From contig PMML01000046.1 of the NCBI GenBank assembly GCA_003162695.1, forward strand, positions 32,512-96,511: a DNA stretch of 64,000 nucleotides. Direction: 5' to 3'. This document shows, in pieces, positions 27,797 through 37,157 of this stretch; within the stretch, counting starts at the first letter, position 1, and the number at the start of each line of letters is the position of its first letter. The notes under the pieces are model-generated. The model saw nothing but the letters and a program-made list of their open reading frames with translations, made no database searches and was not told the DNA's origin. Both the position numbers and the translations under genes were made by a program. The stretch comes from Ignavibacteriota bacterium. GTDB taxonomy: Bacteria; Bacteroidota; Ignavibacteria; UBA10030.

Positions 27797-29738
27797 AACA
27801 CGAATGTGGAGGGACACGCTGATCATCAGCGTGTCCGCTCTTGCACTCGGGCACCTTTTCTTCTGGCTTCTTCCCGGAGTATTTCAAACCTGGAATGCGC
27901 ATGCGGTCGACCAGATGTTTGTGCTCCGCTCCCACTATTTTCCATCCCGTATTCCGTACGACAGCACAATCGTTCATGTGGATGAGACAGACAGCACGAA
28001 GCTGATGTTGACAACTTCCTACACGACGCGCAAACCGTATGCACAAATTGCCCGAAACCTCGGCGAGCTGAAAACAGCCGTGCAACTATGGGATTATGTT
28101 TTTCATTTCCCGCTTCCGGAAGAGGATTCTATATTTTTTGAAAGCAATAAACGCTCGGGGAACGCATATTTCGGAGTCGAGATTAATCTGAAAGATGAAC
28201 CGCCCAAAACAGTCGCTAAAAATCTTACGGCTGATGAAGAGTATTTGTCTAAAACAAAATGGCACGTTCATGTCGATGGAGATGCTTCTTCGCTGTATAT
28301 AGGCACAGATGCAATCAGTACCTTTGCGGCTTTTGCATCTTCTGCCCGAGGACTTGGATATGTAAACGTGCTCCCCGACAAGGATGGTGTCTTTCGCAAA
28401 GCGCCGTTGCTGGTGCGTTATGAAGACGGCTTTTATCCAAGTTTTCCTTTCCATGTCGTTTGTGACTATTTGCACGTTTCACCGGATCATATTATTCTTC
28501 GCCCCGGAACGAGCATTACGCTTCAGGGAGCGTACCGACCCGGCCAGGCACCGCACGATATCGTTATTCCGGTCGATGAACGCTGCAATTTGATCGTGAA
28601 TTTTGTCGGTCCATGGAATCGGATGCAGCATAATACAATGCTGCAAATTTATCATATCTCTGAAGATAGGGATGCTATGGAATTCGACTGGCAGCCGCGC
28701 TTCGAAGGAAAGATCGTTGTTGTTAACGAGACCTCGACCGGCGCATCGGACGTACAATCTGTGCCGACCGACAGCTGGTACCCGCTGGGAGGATTGCATG
28801 CGAATGTTATCAATACGATCCTTACGGAGAACTTTCTACATATAGTTGATCCGCGGCTCATGCTCGTTCTTGAACTTATACTTCTGGCTTTTATCGTTTT
28901 CTTTACGGTCCGGTTTTCCTCCCGCGGGCTGTGGTCCGGCGGATTGATCTTGATCATCGGATACGTCCTCTTTGCAATGACGGCATTTCTCTACGGAAAC
29001 CTGATTCTCAATATCATACGTCCCATTGGAATTTGTATTGTTGCCGTCTTCGGCGCACTCGCATACCGGTTTATAAACGAAGAGCGGGAAAAAGAATCGC
29101 TGCGTCAATCATTCGAATCCTATCTTCCGCCGTCGGTTGTCAAGCGTCAGCTTGCGCATCCGGAATCGGTGCTTGAAGTGCAGAAGAAGGAACTTACTAT
29201 TTTATTCAGCGATATTAAAAGTTTTACGACCTATTCATCGACGATGACGCCGGATCAGATACAGAAATTTTTGGCGGAATATTTTGAGGCGATGGTCGAT
29301 ATCGTCTTTCAATATGAAGGTACAGTCGATAAATATATCGGAGACGGGCTTATGGTTTTTTTCGGAGCTCCGGAACCGCAGCCCGATCATGCGGTGCGCT
29401 GTGTCCGTGCGGCGATCGATATGCAGAAAAAATGCCGCGAGCTGAAAGAGAAATGGGTCAAAGAGGGATTGTTCCCGCTGCGCATTCGTATCGGTGTCAA
29501 TACAGGGGAAGTCGTCGTCGGCAACATGGGCACGCCAAAAAAGCTTTCGTATACCGTGCTGGGCTCCGATGTCAATCTCGCCAACCGCTTGGAATCCAAT
29601 GCGCCGGTTGAAGGTATTATGATTTCCCGGCGGACCTACGACCTGATCAAGGATCAGATCCCTGCATTGCCGCACGAAAAAATTCTTGTCAAAGGACTCG
29701 ACACGCCGATCGAAGTGTACACCATTCCGGTAGAGTAA
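27783..29738 (+). CDS. CHASE2 sensor domain-containing class III adenylate/guanylate cyclase
   Basis: An N-terminal TM precedes a roughly 330-aa periplasmic CHASE2-like region and then 3 TM helices. The C-terminal CYC domain is FSDIKSFT...KYIGDGLMVFFGAP...NLANRLE. An alternative ATG at 27804 lies just after the upstream stop. Confidence 0.8.
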   Translation: MTISKTRMWRDTLIISVSALALGHLFFWLLPGVFQTWNAHAVDQMFVLRSHYFPSRIPYDSTIVHVDETDSTKLMLTTSYTTRKPYAQIARNLGELKTAVQLWDYVFHFPLPEEDSIFFESNKRSGNAYFGVEINLKDEPPKTVAKNLTADEEYLSKTKWHVHVDGDASSLYIGTDAISTFAAFASSARGLGYVNVLPDKDGVFRKAPLLVRYEDGFYPSFPFHVVCDYLHVSPDHIILRPGTSITLQGAYRPGQAPHDIVIPVDERCNLIVNFVGPWNRMQHNTMLQIYHISEDRDAMEFDWQPRFEGKIVVVNETSTGASDVQSVPTDSWYPLGGLHANVINTILTENFLHIVDPRLMLVLELILLAFIVFFTVRFSSRGLWSGGLILIIGYVLFAMTAFLYGNLILNIIRPIGICIVAVFGALAYRFINEEREKESLRQSFESYLPPSVVKRQLAHPESVLEVQKKELTILFSDIKSFTTYSSTMTPDQIQKFLAEYFEAMVDIVFQYEGTVDKYIGDGLMVFFGAPEPQPDHAVRCVRAAIDMQKKCRELKEKWVKEGLFPLRIRIGVNTGEVVVGNMGTPKKLSYTVLGSDVNLANRLESNAPVEGIMISRRTYDLIKDQIPALPHEKILVKGLDTPIEVYTIPVE

Positions 29739-29817
29739 GCATCATTTCTTCCCGGGTTTTGCTCAACTTACGATTTATTCAATAACACTTGATTTTCCAT
29801 GCGGAAATCTGGACATT

Positions 29818-29844
29818 AGAAACGCTATGGAAAACAGCGTTTCT
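29818..29844 (+). promoter_or_regulatory. Perfect 9-bp inverted repeat (AGAAACGCT-N9-AGCGTTTCT) enclosing the hpnC start codon
   Basis: The sequence reads agaaacgctATGgaaaacagcgtttct. The ATG at 29827 sits in the 9-nt loop. It is a candidate mRNA hairpin or a dimeric-regulator operator. Confidence 0.4.
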
Positions 29845-30681
29845 TTAAAGGCGGCTTATACGCATTGCCGGCGATTGACACGGGAACATTATGAAAATTT
29901 TCCTGTGGCTTCAATGCTGCTGCCGAAAAATATCCGCAAACATGTTGCAGCGATCTATGCGTTTGCCCGGACGGCGGATGATTATGCGGATGAAGCGGGT
30001 TACGCATCGGATGAACGTCTTGCAAAACTTCAGGAATGGGAAGAAAAGCTTCTCGCCTGTAAGGGTGGACTTGTCGAAGATCCGGTATTTCTCGCTCTCG
30101 GCGATACGATACGCGCATTCGATATCCCTATTGAATTGTTTCAGTCTCTCTTGAAGGCTTTTCGTTCCGATGTAACAGTGACCCGTTATGCAACATTGAA
30201 CGATCTTTTGGACTATTGCCGCAATTCTGCAAATCCGGTCGGACGGCTTGTTCTGCTTCTTTTTGGCTATCGTAATGAGCAGCTATTTGCTTATTCCGAT
30301 TCAATTTGCACAGCGCTTCAGTTGACAAATTTTTGGCAGGATATTTCTGTCGATATACAAAAGGGCAGGCTGTATTTTCCACTCGAAGATATCGATCGTT
30401 TCGGCTGTACGGAAAAAAATTTGCTCGGCGGAGTGTTTAACGAAGCAACGAAAGCTTTAATTCGTTTTGAAACGGCACGGACAGAAGAATTCTTTAATCA
30501 AGGAAAACCGTTGTTTTCAGCAGTAGATGCCAGATTGCGGTGGGAACTTAAATTTACCTGGAACGGCGGAATGCGGATTTTAGAGAAAATTAGGGCATTG
30601 AACTTCAATTCGGTGCACCAGCGCCCCAAACTTATACCGACCGACAAGGCGGGACTTCTCTTTCGTTCTTTTTTCTTGTAA
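29827..30681 (+). CDS. hpnC: Hydroxysqualene synthase (squalene/phytoene synthase family)
   Basis: The trans-IPPS_HH fold, the N-terminal YENFPVASMLLP motif and the two Asp-rich regions (ARTADDYADE; DLLDY-like) match HpnC-type enzymes. Confidence 0.75.
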   Translation: MENSVSLKAAYTHCRRLTREHYENFPVASMLLPKNIRKHVAAIYAFARTADDYADEAGYASDERLAKLQEWEEKLLACKGGLVEDPVFLALGDTIRAFDIPIELFQSLLKAFRSDVTVTRYATLNDLLDYCRNSANPVGRLVLLLFGYRNEQLFAYSDSICTALQLTNFWQDISVDIQKGRLYFPLEDIDRFGCTEKNLLGGVFNEATKALIRFETARTEEFFNQGKPLFSAVDARLRWELKFTWNGGMRILEKIRALNFNSVHQRPKLIPTDKAGLLFRSFFL

Positions 30682-30690
30682 ATTGTTATA

Positions 30691-31575
30691 ATGGAAAACG
30701 CCGCAATATATTTTTCAGAATTCGAACAGAATAAAAAAAGCAATTTTTATTTTTCGTTTTTCAGCCTGCCGCATTTACAGCGGGATGCCATCGAAACAAT
30801 ATATGCTTTTTGCCGCTTGACGGACGATATTGTCGACGAGGGCAGCAACGAAAAAGAACAGCATGCAAAACTTCTGCAATGGACGGATGAATTGAAGCGC
30901 GCCCTATACGGTGTTTCCCGCTATTCCCTGCTCAATAAACTCGTTTCCATCATTCACCGGTTCAATATTCCGGTCGAACATTTCTATGAATTGATCAAGG
31001 GCATGGAAATGGACTTGACGCAAAAACGGTATGGAACATTCGGAGAACTCGAACTGTATTGCTATCGGGTTGCATCGACTGTCGGTCTTATCTGTGCAGA
31101 GGTATTCGGGTATCATCAGGAAAAGACAAAAGAATATGCCGTAAACCTCGGAAAGGCGCTTCAGCTGACGAACATCCTTCGGGATATCAAAGACGACGCC
31201 AAGCGGGGACGGATTTATTTGCCGCTGGAAGATTTGCGGAGATTCGGCTATACGGAAGAGGAACTGCTGCGGTTTGAAATCAACGATAAATTCCGGGCAT
31301 TGATGAAATTCGAATGTTCCCGCGCACGCGACTATTTTAGAAAAGCGAAAGCTTCTTTAGCGGAAGAGGATAAAGTCCTTTTTACTGCAGCGCGCACGAT
31401 GGGAAATATTTACTATCTGCTTCTTCTCAGAATTGAAAATTCCGGGTATGATGTCTTTTCCAGGCGCATACGTCTTTCTTCTCCTCTCAAGCTACTGGTT
31501 GCAATGGTTTTACGCCTGCGGAATAATTTTCCCAAAAATTTTCATCGGTATGTAAGAAAAGAACTGCCTGCTTAG
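30691..31575 (+). CDS. hpnD: Presqualene diphosphate synthase (squalene/phytoene synthase family)
   Basis: The sequences SNFYFSFFSLP...YAFCRLTDDIVDE and NILRDIKDDAKRGRIYLP match HpnD-type enzymes. The gene lies tandem to and 9 nt downstream of hpnC. Confidence 0.75.
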   Translation: MENAAIYFSEFEQNKKSNFYFSFFSLPHLQRDAIETIYAFCRLTDDIVDEGSNEKEQHAKLLQWTDELKRALYGVSRYSLLNKLVSIIHRFNIPVEHFYELIKGMEMDLTQKRYGTFGELELYCYRVASTVGLICAEVFGYHQEKTKEYAVNLGKALQLTNILRDIKDDAKRGRIYLPLEDLRRFGYTEEELLRFEINDKFRALMKFECSRARDYFRKAKASLAEEDKVLFTAARTMGNIYYLLLLRIENSGYDVFSRRIRLSSPLKLLVAMVLRLRNNFPKNFHRYVRKELPA

Positions 31576-31659
31576 CTGGTAAATTGTAAATAGTAAAAAG
31601 ATATCCGATGTATCGTTTACCAGTTCATTCCTTTCATCATATATGAAATAAAAAATGTT

Positions 31660-32049
31660 TTACTTTCCTTCGAGCACCGCGAAAGCAACGACGGTATTGT
31701 CGGTATGCGAGAGCGAAAGATGCACGTTGCATTTTTCAAGAGCTTTGGCAACCTCACCGGTCAGAAGAATATGGGGTGCGCCGGAAGAATCGTTGACGAC
31801 GGAAATGTCTTTCCATCGGAACGATCCGCTCCAGCCTGTGCGCATCGCTTTTGCCACAGCCTCTTTAGCGGCGAATCGGGCAGCAAAATGCATATACGGC
31901 CGCTTGCGCGTCCTGCAATATGTCACCTCCATATCGCTGAATATTTTTTTATAAAAATGATCTCCCTGTTTCTCAAGCACTTCTTTCATCCGCGGAACGT
32001 CGACGACATCGACGCCGATACCGGCAATATTACCTTTTGTGATGTTCAT
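31660..32049 (-). CDS. acpS: Holo-[acyl-carrier-protein] synthase (4'-phosphopantetheinyl transferase)
   Basis: The GIGVDVVDVPRM N-terminus and the FAAKEAVAKAMRTG region are typical of AcpS. The start is taken at the internal Met (MNITKGNIAGIG) of ORF 31660..32148. Confidence 0.8.
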   Translation of the reverse strand: MNITKGNIAGIGVDVVDVPRMKEVLEKQGDHFYKKIFSDMEVTYCRTRKRPYMHFAARFAAKEAVAKAMRTGWSGSFRWKDISVVNDSSGAPHILLTGEVAKALEKCNVHLSLSHTDNTVVAFAVLEGK

Positions 32050-32725
32050 CGTTTTCTTTCCTGACAATACCCGCAAGCTGAGCAATATCGTCGATATCGT
32101 AATCGGCATTGGATGTGACCGTTCCGAATGTGTTTCCATAGCGGGCAAAAACGGTTTTCATGCCGACCTTTGCCGCACCGACAACATCCCGTTCTTCCCA
32201 ATCGCCGATCATAAGCGACTCTTCCGGTTTGATATTCATCTGCTGTAATATCTTCTGAAACGGTTCGGGATTCGGTTTCCGCTTATGCGTATCGTCGAAT
32301 GTGATGACCGCATCAAAGAGATGATGGAAATTGAGGTAGCACAGCCGCAGCCATGCCTCTTTTGCCGGTGCATCCGAAACGACCCCAAGTTTGATATGCA
32401 TCTTGGAAAGTTCGATAAGGGTCATGGTGACATGCGGATAGGGAACCAATGCCGCTTCGCGCGCGCGGCGGTATGCAATAACGCCTGCGGATAATATTTT
32501 ATAATCGATTTTACTGAATTCGCGGTACAGCAGTTCATCAAACACATTCTGGAATTCTATGCCTCGTTCATTGTAGATATCGTCGATGCGTTTATGAATT
32601 TCTTCTGCCGTCAGCTTAAAACCCGCGTCCCGCATAGCATGAACAGCCGCATTGACCGCTTGCTTTTTCATCAGCATAAAGTCGACGAGTGTATTGTCGA
32701 GATCGAAAATAACGGCGTTGATCAT
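32030..32725 (-). CDS. HAD-superfamily hydrolase (subfamily IA-like)
   Basis: Motif I VIFDLDNTLVDF is present, together with a GDWEERD-like motif IV. GGAGG lies upstream of the Met at 32725. The longer ORF runs to 32803. Confidence 0.75.
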   Translation of the reverse strand: MINAVIFDLDNTLVDFMLMKKQAVNAAVHAMRDAGFKLTAEEIHKRIDDIYNERGIEFQNVFDELLYREFSKIDYKILSAGVIAYRRAREAALVPYPHVTMTLIELSKMHIKLGVVSDAPAKEAWLRLCYLNFHHLFDAVITFDDTHKRKPNPEPFQKILQQMNIKPEESLMIGDWEERDVVGAAKVGMKTVFARYGNTFGTVTSNADYDIDDIAQLAGIVRKENDEHHKR

Positions 32726-32730
32726 GGATA

Positions 32731-33153
32731 TTATTCCTCCAGCAAATAAGATGCGGCCAGTTCGTAACTGCGTGCACCGAATCCGGCTATAACGCCTCTG
32801 CAAACGGGAGCGATCACCGACGTCTTGCGAAATTCTTCCCGGGCATCGGTGTTGGAAAGATGGACTTCTATGACCGGAGCTTTGATGGCGGCAACAGCAT
32901 CGCGGACTGCGTACGAATAGTGCGTAAACGCGCCTGCATTGAGAATGACGCCGATAACGGAGCTTTCCATGGCTTTATGCAGCGCGTCGATAACGCCTGA
33001 TTCGCTGTTGGATTGGTAAAACTCGAATTTTGCATTCGGGAATTTATTTTTGAGTTGATTTTCGATATCCCAAAGTGAAAGCGAACCGTAAATTTCAGGT
33101 TCACGCTTTCCGAGAATATCGAGGTTCGGTCCGTTAATAACGAGGATATGCAT
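32731..33153 (-). CDS. aroQ: 3-dehydroquinate dehydratase, type II
   Basis: The sequences MHILVINGPNLDILGKREPEIYG and HLSNTDAREEFR are conserved in type II DHQase. The protein is 140 aa. Confidence 0.9.
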   Translation of the reverse strand: MHILVINGPNLDILGKREPEIYGSLSLWDIENQLKNKFPNAKFEFYQSNSESGVIDALHKAMESSVIGVILNAGAFTHYSYAVRDAVAAIKAPVIEVHLSNTDAREEFRKTSVIAPVCRGVIAGFGARSYELAASYLLEE

Positions 33154-33183
33154 AGTGGCTCCTTCGAAGAAAATAAAAATGTA

Positions 33184-33465
33184 TCATATTCCAAAACGAT
33201 CAATTTTTTGCGCCTTTGCCAGTTCGTCTTCTATGTACTCCCGTACTGCCGGCTTGAGATAATGTTCGTCGACTCCGACTTCGGCGATACCCTGGGCCAG
33301 CAAAGCGGCACGGCGCTGAACCGTCAATCGCTTGTTCACGACGATCAGACGCTCCGCTTTGAGTACGCAGTATCCGCCTTCGAAGTCTCCTTTTTCAAAT
33401 CGAATGGCAATATTGCAATTATGCGCCAGTTCTTCGAGTTCAGCCAATATTTGTTCCTGAGTCAT
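33184..33465 (-). CDS. Hypothetical protein
   Basis: Small acidic ORF (MTQEQILAELEEL...). No family was recognised. Confidence 0.4.
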   Translation of the reverse strand: MTQEQILAELEELAHNCNIAIRFEKGDFEGGYCVLKAERLIVVNKRLTVQRRAALLAQGIAEVGVDEHYLKPAVREYIEDELAKAQKIDRFGI

Positions 33466-33549
33466 AGTTCCCGGCCTATCAGCAAAGGAATAAAACATTC
33501 ATAAAACTATCGTAATTTATTTTGAGGTGCAAGCCGAAACCTCTTCTGT

Positions 33550-34485
33550 TCACAATTGTCTGCGCCGGACCCGGTCTTGAAAGACCCACCGCTGGATGAG
33601 ATTTCCGCTCCATACTGCAAAAAGAAAAAATATTGCACCGGCAAGTAAATCGACAACGTAATGGTAGCGGAGATAAATGGTTGAAATGATCAGCAGGATG
33701 CCTAGTCCTGTAACGAGCCAGCGGAGTCGGATTTTGTAGCAATGGCTCAAATAAATAACAATCAGTGTCATTTCTGTATGGCCGCTGGGAAAAACATCAC
33801 GTTGGACGGAGGCAAGTACATTCGGTGTAGTCGATGAAATCGATTCGCCGGCATTGATGACTGCCCGCATCCAGGGCGTGCACAAAAGACCAGGAAGTTC
33901 TTGATTCAGAGCATAGAAATTGTGAAGTGTAAACCGGGGACCGACAGCCGGCAATAAAAAATAACCGAGATATGAAAGATAAAATCCGTAAACGATTAAA
34001 AATGCTCCGCGGTCGAATTCTTCTGCACTGTGTTCTCTATATAATCCCACGCCGAGGATAACGAAGAGAATATAGTAGGAAAAATATGATATCTGAAATA
34101 TTTCCGTCAGTATGGGGTTGGCGAATTGTGCCATCCACTGGGTGGGGTAAACGCCGAAGATCCAATGATCTGCCGCACTCAGAAGCCGGTCGTAATCTTC
34201 CGGATGAATCGGGTGCACCATAAAATATATTTCTTTAAAAATAAAGAAGATGAAGGGATAGCAGTACCACCGATGAAGCGCTGAAAGAAACACCGTTTTC
34301 TTTTTATCTGCCTGAAAAGCGAGCACAGCAACGGCTGCGATAATGACAAGGTTCACGACTATCATGGCAGCATAGTAAGCTATACGTTCGTAAAAGACCG
34401 CATTGAGAATGAGAAGAAACATTAAAAATACAATCGAAATAAAATCGACCGGGCTCAATGCTGTATATGTTTTTCTAATATCCAT
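33550..34485 (-). CDS. PAP2-family membrane phosphatase
   Basis: The polytopic protein has the PAP2 motif FPSGHTEMTLI and conserved His/Arg positions. Confidence 0.7.
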   Translation of the reverse strand: MDIRKTYTALSPVDFISIVFLMFLLILNAVFYERIAYYAAMIVVNLVIIAAVAVLAFQADKKKTVFLSALHRWYCYPFIFFIFKEIYFMVHPIHPEDYDRLLSAADHWIFGVYPTQWMAQFANPILTEIFQISYFSYYILFVILGVGLYREHSAEEFDRGAFLIVYGFYLSYLGYFLLPAVGPRFTLHNFYALNQELPGLLCTPWMRAVINAGESISSTTPNVLASVQRDVFPSGHTEMTLIVIYLSHCYKIRLRWLVTGLGILLIISTIYLRYHYVVDLLAGAIFFLFAVWSGNLIQRWVFQDRVRRRQL

Positions 34486-34606
34486 GTTGATCGTTGTATA
34501 ATATCGTTAAAATTGTTCCGGAAATCCTGCCGCCGTAGAATCCAAAACTGAAAACATGATATGATCGGCCTGATTCCGCGGAACGAAGCGGGACTGCGGT
34601 ATCATT

Positions 34607-35383
34607 CTATGACCTTTTCATCAATTCCTTTGTCAGGAGGATGAATTCCTGAACACTAAGATCTTCCGGACGCCGGTCGAGGTCAAAGTTAAGCTTTTTC
34701 AGAATCGATTCGCTGAAATCGAGATATTTAAGTCCATTGCGCAGTGTCTTACGTCTTTTGCCGAACGTGGATCGTACGATTGAACGAAAAAGATTGACAT
34801 CAAAATCCGGCTGTGCATGGCGCATTCGAAGATGTACGACAGCAGAATCGACTTGAGGTTTCGGAAAAAAAACATTCCGGGATACTTTGAATAATTGTTT
34901 GCATTCTGTGTTCAGTTGTGTAAATATAGAGAGAACACCGTACTCTTTTGTCTTCGGTCCGGCGCTCAGTCTCTGTGCGACTTCCAATTGCATCATGAGA
35001 GTCGCATCGATGACGGCGTTTTGATTTTCAAAAAGAAAAAAGAGAATGTCGCTGGTCAGATAGTACGGGATATTCCCGACAACGCGAAGCTTCGTTCCGT
35101 AGAGACGGGCATAAGCGGAGAGATCGACCTTAAGGATATCGTTTTGTATGATGGATATTTGATCGCCGAACTGTTCCCGGAGAGCAGGAATTGCTCGTTC
35201 ATCAAATTCGACTGCAAGAACAACACCGGCCTCCCGGATTAAGTATTTGGTCAGGGCGCCGTGACCTGCGCCGATTTCCATGACGACATCGGCCTTTTGC
35301 AAATGAAGGCTTCCTGCAATTTTGCGGAGTATGTTTTCATCCCGCAGGAAATTTTGTCCGAGACTCTTTTTGGGTTTTAACAT
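34607..35383 (-). CDS. rsmA: 16S rRNA (adenine1518/1519-N6)-dimethyltransferase
   Basis: The LKPKKSLGQNFL motif and the SAM-binding VMEIGAGHGALT motif are present. The start is taken at the Met preceding LKPKK. The ORF extends to 35479 if an upstream Met is used. Confidence 0.85.
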   Translation of the reverse strand: MLKPKKSLGQNFLRDENILRKIAGSLHLQKADVVMEIGAGHGALTKYLIREAGVVLAVEFDERAIPALREQFGDQISIIQNDILKVDLSAYARLYGTKLRVVGNIPYYLTSDILFFLFENQNAVIDATLMMQLEVAQRLSAGPKTKEYGVLSIFTQLNTECKQLFKVSRNVFFPKPQVDSAVVHLRMRHAQPDFDVNLFRSIVRSTFGKRRKTLRNGLKYLDFSESILKKLNFDLDRRPEDLSVQEFILLTKELMKRS

Positions 35384-35835
35384 GAAATGTTTAAGATCGT
35401 TTTCTGCAATATACCGAACAAGAAAAGGAAGTTCAATCATGTACATATAAAAAGACCGGATATTATGTAAAAACATCAAGAAAATCAGTTAAACCGGTAC
35501 GGATACCGCTCTATCCGCCTGTTCGGGGATGTATCAATTTGAAATTGATTTTTTTGCATTCAATGTGTTTTGCTCTCCGAATATGGGTTCTTTTCATAGA
35601 TGGGTGTTATGATTTTGGAAAGGTTTTCGCTGCGGCCTGCGGTTCTGACAGGTTTAATGTCAATGCAGTAAGGCAATTTTAAAAGCCGGCATCGGTAAAA
35701 GAATTTATATATTGCCGGCTTGTAGCTCGACGATAATTGAAAGGGGAAAGATCCGTCCGCAAGGCATGGGATTCTGTTGTATTGCATCTCGATCGATTTT
35801 CCGTTACTTTTCTTACCAACTTTGAAGGTTTGAGC

Positions 35836-36807
35836 ATGTCTAAAATAATAAAGACGCGTTCCGGTAAATCCATGGAGCCGGCAATATCGGTTGTTATTCC
35901 CCTCATGAATGAAGAAGGATCGCTGGAAGAACTTTTTGGAAAAATTGCAAACGTGTTGAAACGAATGCAAACCAGCTATGAAATCGTTTTTATTGACGAT
36001 GGCAGTACGGATAGTTCGTTTGACATTCTTAAAGAACTACATCAAGAATTTCCATCAAATGTGAAAGTCATTCGTTTTCGCCGGAATTATGGAAAAGCCG
36101 CAGCATTAATGGCCGGATTCAAATCGGCACAGGGGAATGTGATCGTAACGATGGATGCTGATTTACAGGATGATCCTGAAGAAATTCCGCAGCTTGTCGA
36201 AATGCTGGGAAAAGAATGCGATCTTGTTTCAGGGTGGAAAAAAAGGCGGCAGGATTCGTTTCTCTATACGCTGCCGTCGAAGGCTGCAAATTTTATTACA
36301 GGCTGGCTGACGGGATTGCATATTCACGATCTGAATTGCGGATTGAAGGCATATAAAAAAGAAGTTGCCGTAGATTTAAAAATTTACGGGGATTTATATC
36401 GCTATATTCCGGTGCTGGTACATCTCATGGGTTTTAAAGTTAGTGAAAAACCGGTTCAACATTATCCGCGGAAATACGGGCAATCGAAATATACAATCGG
36501 AAAATTTCATCGCGGATTTCTCGATTTGCTTACCATTCTCTATACAGCCAAGTATTCCCGCCGACCGCTGCATCTTTTCGGTTTGTGGGGCTTGCTGTCG
36601 CTTTTTATTGGATCGGTAATTGACGGATGGCTCATTCTTGGCCGCATTTTTGGAGAGACTTCGCTCAGCAATCGTCCGCTCTTTATGATCGGTTTTCTTT
36701 TTGTCATTATCGGCATTCAATTTATATCAATCGGCCTGCTCGGGGAAATGATATCACGCAGCGAACGGAATGAACAGACCTATACGGTGCGAGAGGAACT
36801 TCGATAA
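35836..36807 (+). CDS. GT2 polyprenyl-phosphate glycosyltransferase (GtrB/ArnC/DPM1-like) with C-terminal TM helices
   Basis: The sequence ISVVIPLMNEEGSL...YEIVFIDDGSTDSS and the DAD motif (TMDADLQDDPEE) are present. Two C-terminal TM helices are present. The start is taken at the Met at 35836. Confidence 0.85.
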   Translation: MSKIIKTRSGKSMEPAISVVIPLMNEEGSLEELFGKIANVLKRMQTSYEIVFIDDGSTDSSFDILKELHQEFPSNVKVIRFRRNYGKAAALMAGFKSAQGNVIVTMDADLQDDPEEIPQLVEMLGKECDLVSGWKKRRQDSFLYTLPSKAANFITGWLTGLHIHDLNCGLKAYKKEVAVDLKIYGDLYRYIPVLVHLMGFKVSEKPVQHYPRKYGQSKYTIGKFHRGFLDLLTILYTAKYSRRPLHLFGLWGLLSLFIGSVIDGWLILGRIFGETSLSNRPLFMIGFLFVIIGIQFISIGLLGEMISRSERNEQTYTVREELR

Positions 36808-37157
36808 ATGCCGAAGTCTGCTGTGACACGTTCTTCTAAACGTCAAAATGTTTCGCCTGTCCAGCTTGTCTTCCCGAATATCTCATCAATGGAGGAACTC
36901 TATCGATCTTTGCGGCAGTCGCGCACAATATCTCTATTTTGGTGTGTTTGAAGCGAACATGCGTCCGCAATCTCAAAGATTATTGAATCCGTTGAATGCG
37001 CCGGGATGGTTGATACCGCTTACCTATACCGTAGATTCTTCAGTTGTTCTCTGCAGGGTATCCGCTTCAGGAGACCGTGCGCCTTCGGCGCAATAAAGAC
37101 ACTTTTTGTAATTTCAGCAATTATTATTGATCTTTTTTAAGATTTCATGGAGAGAGT

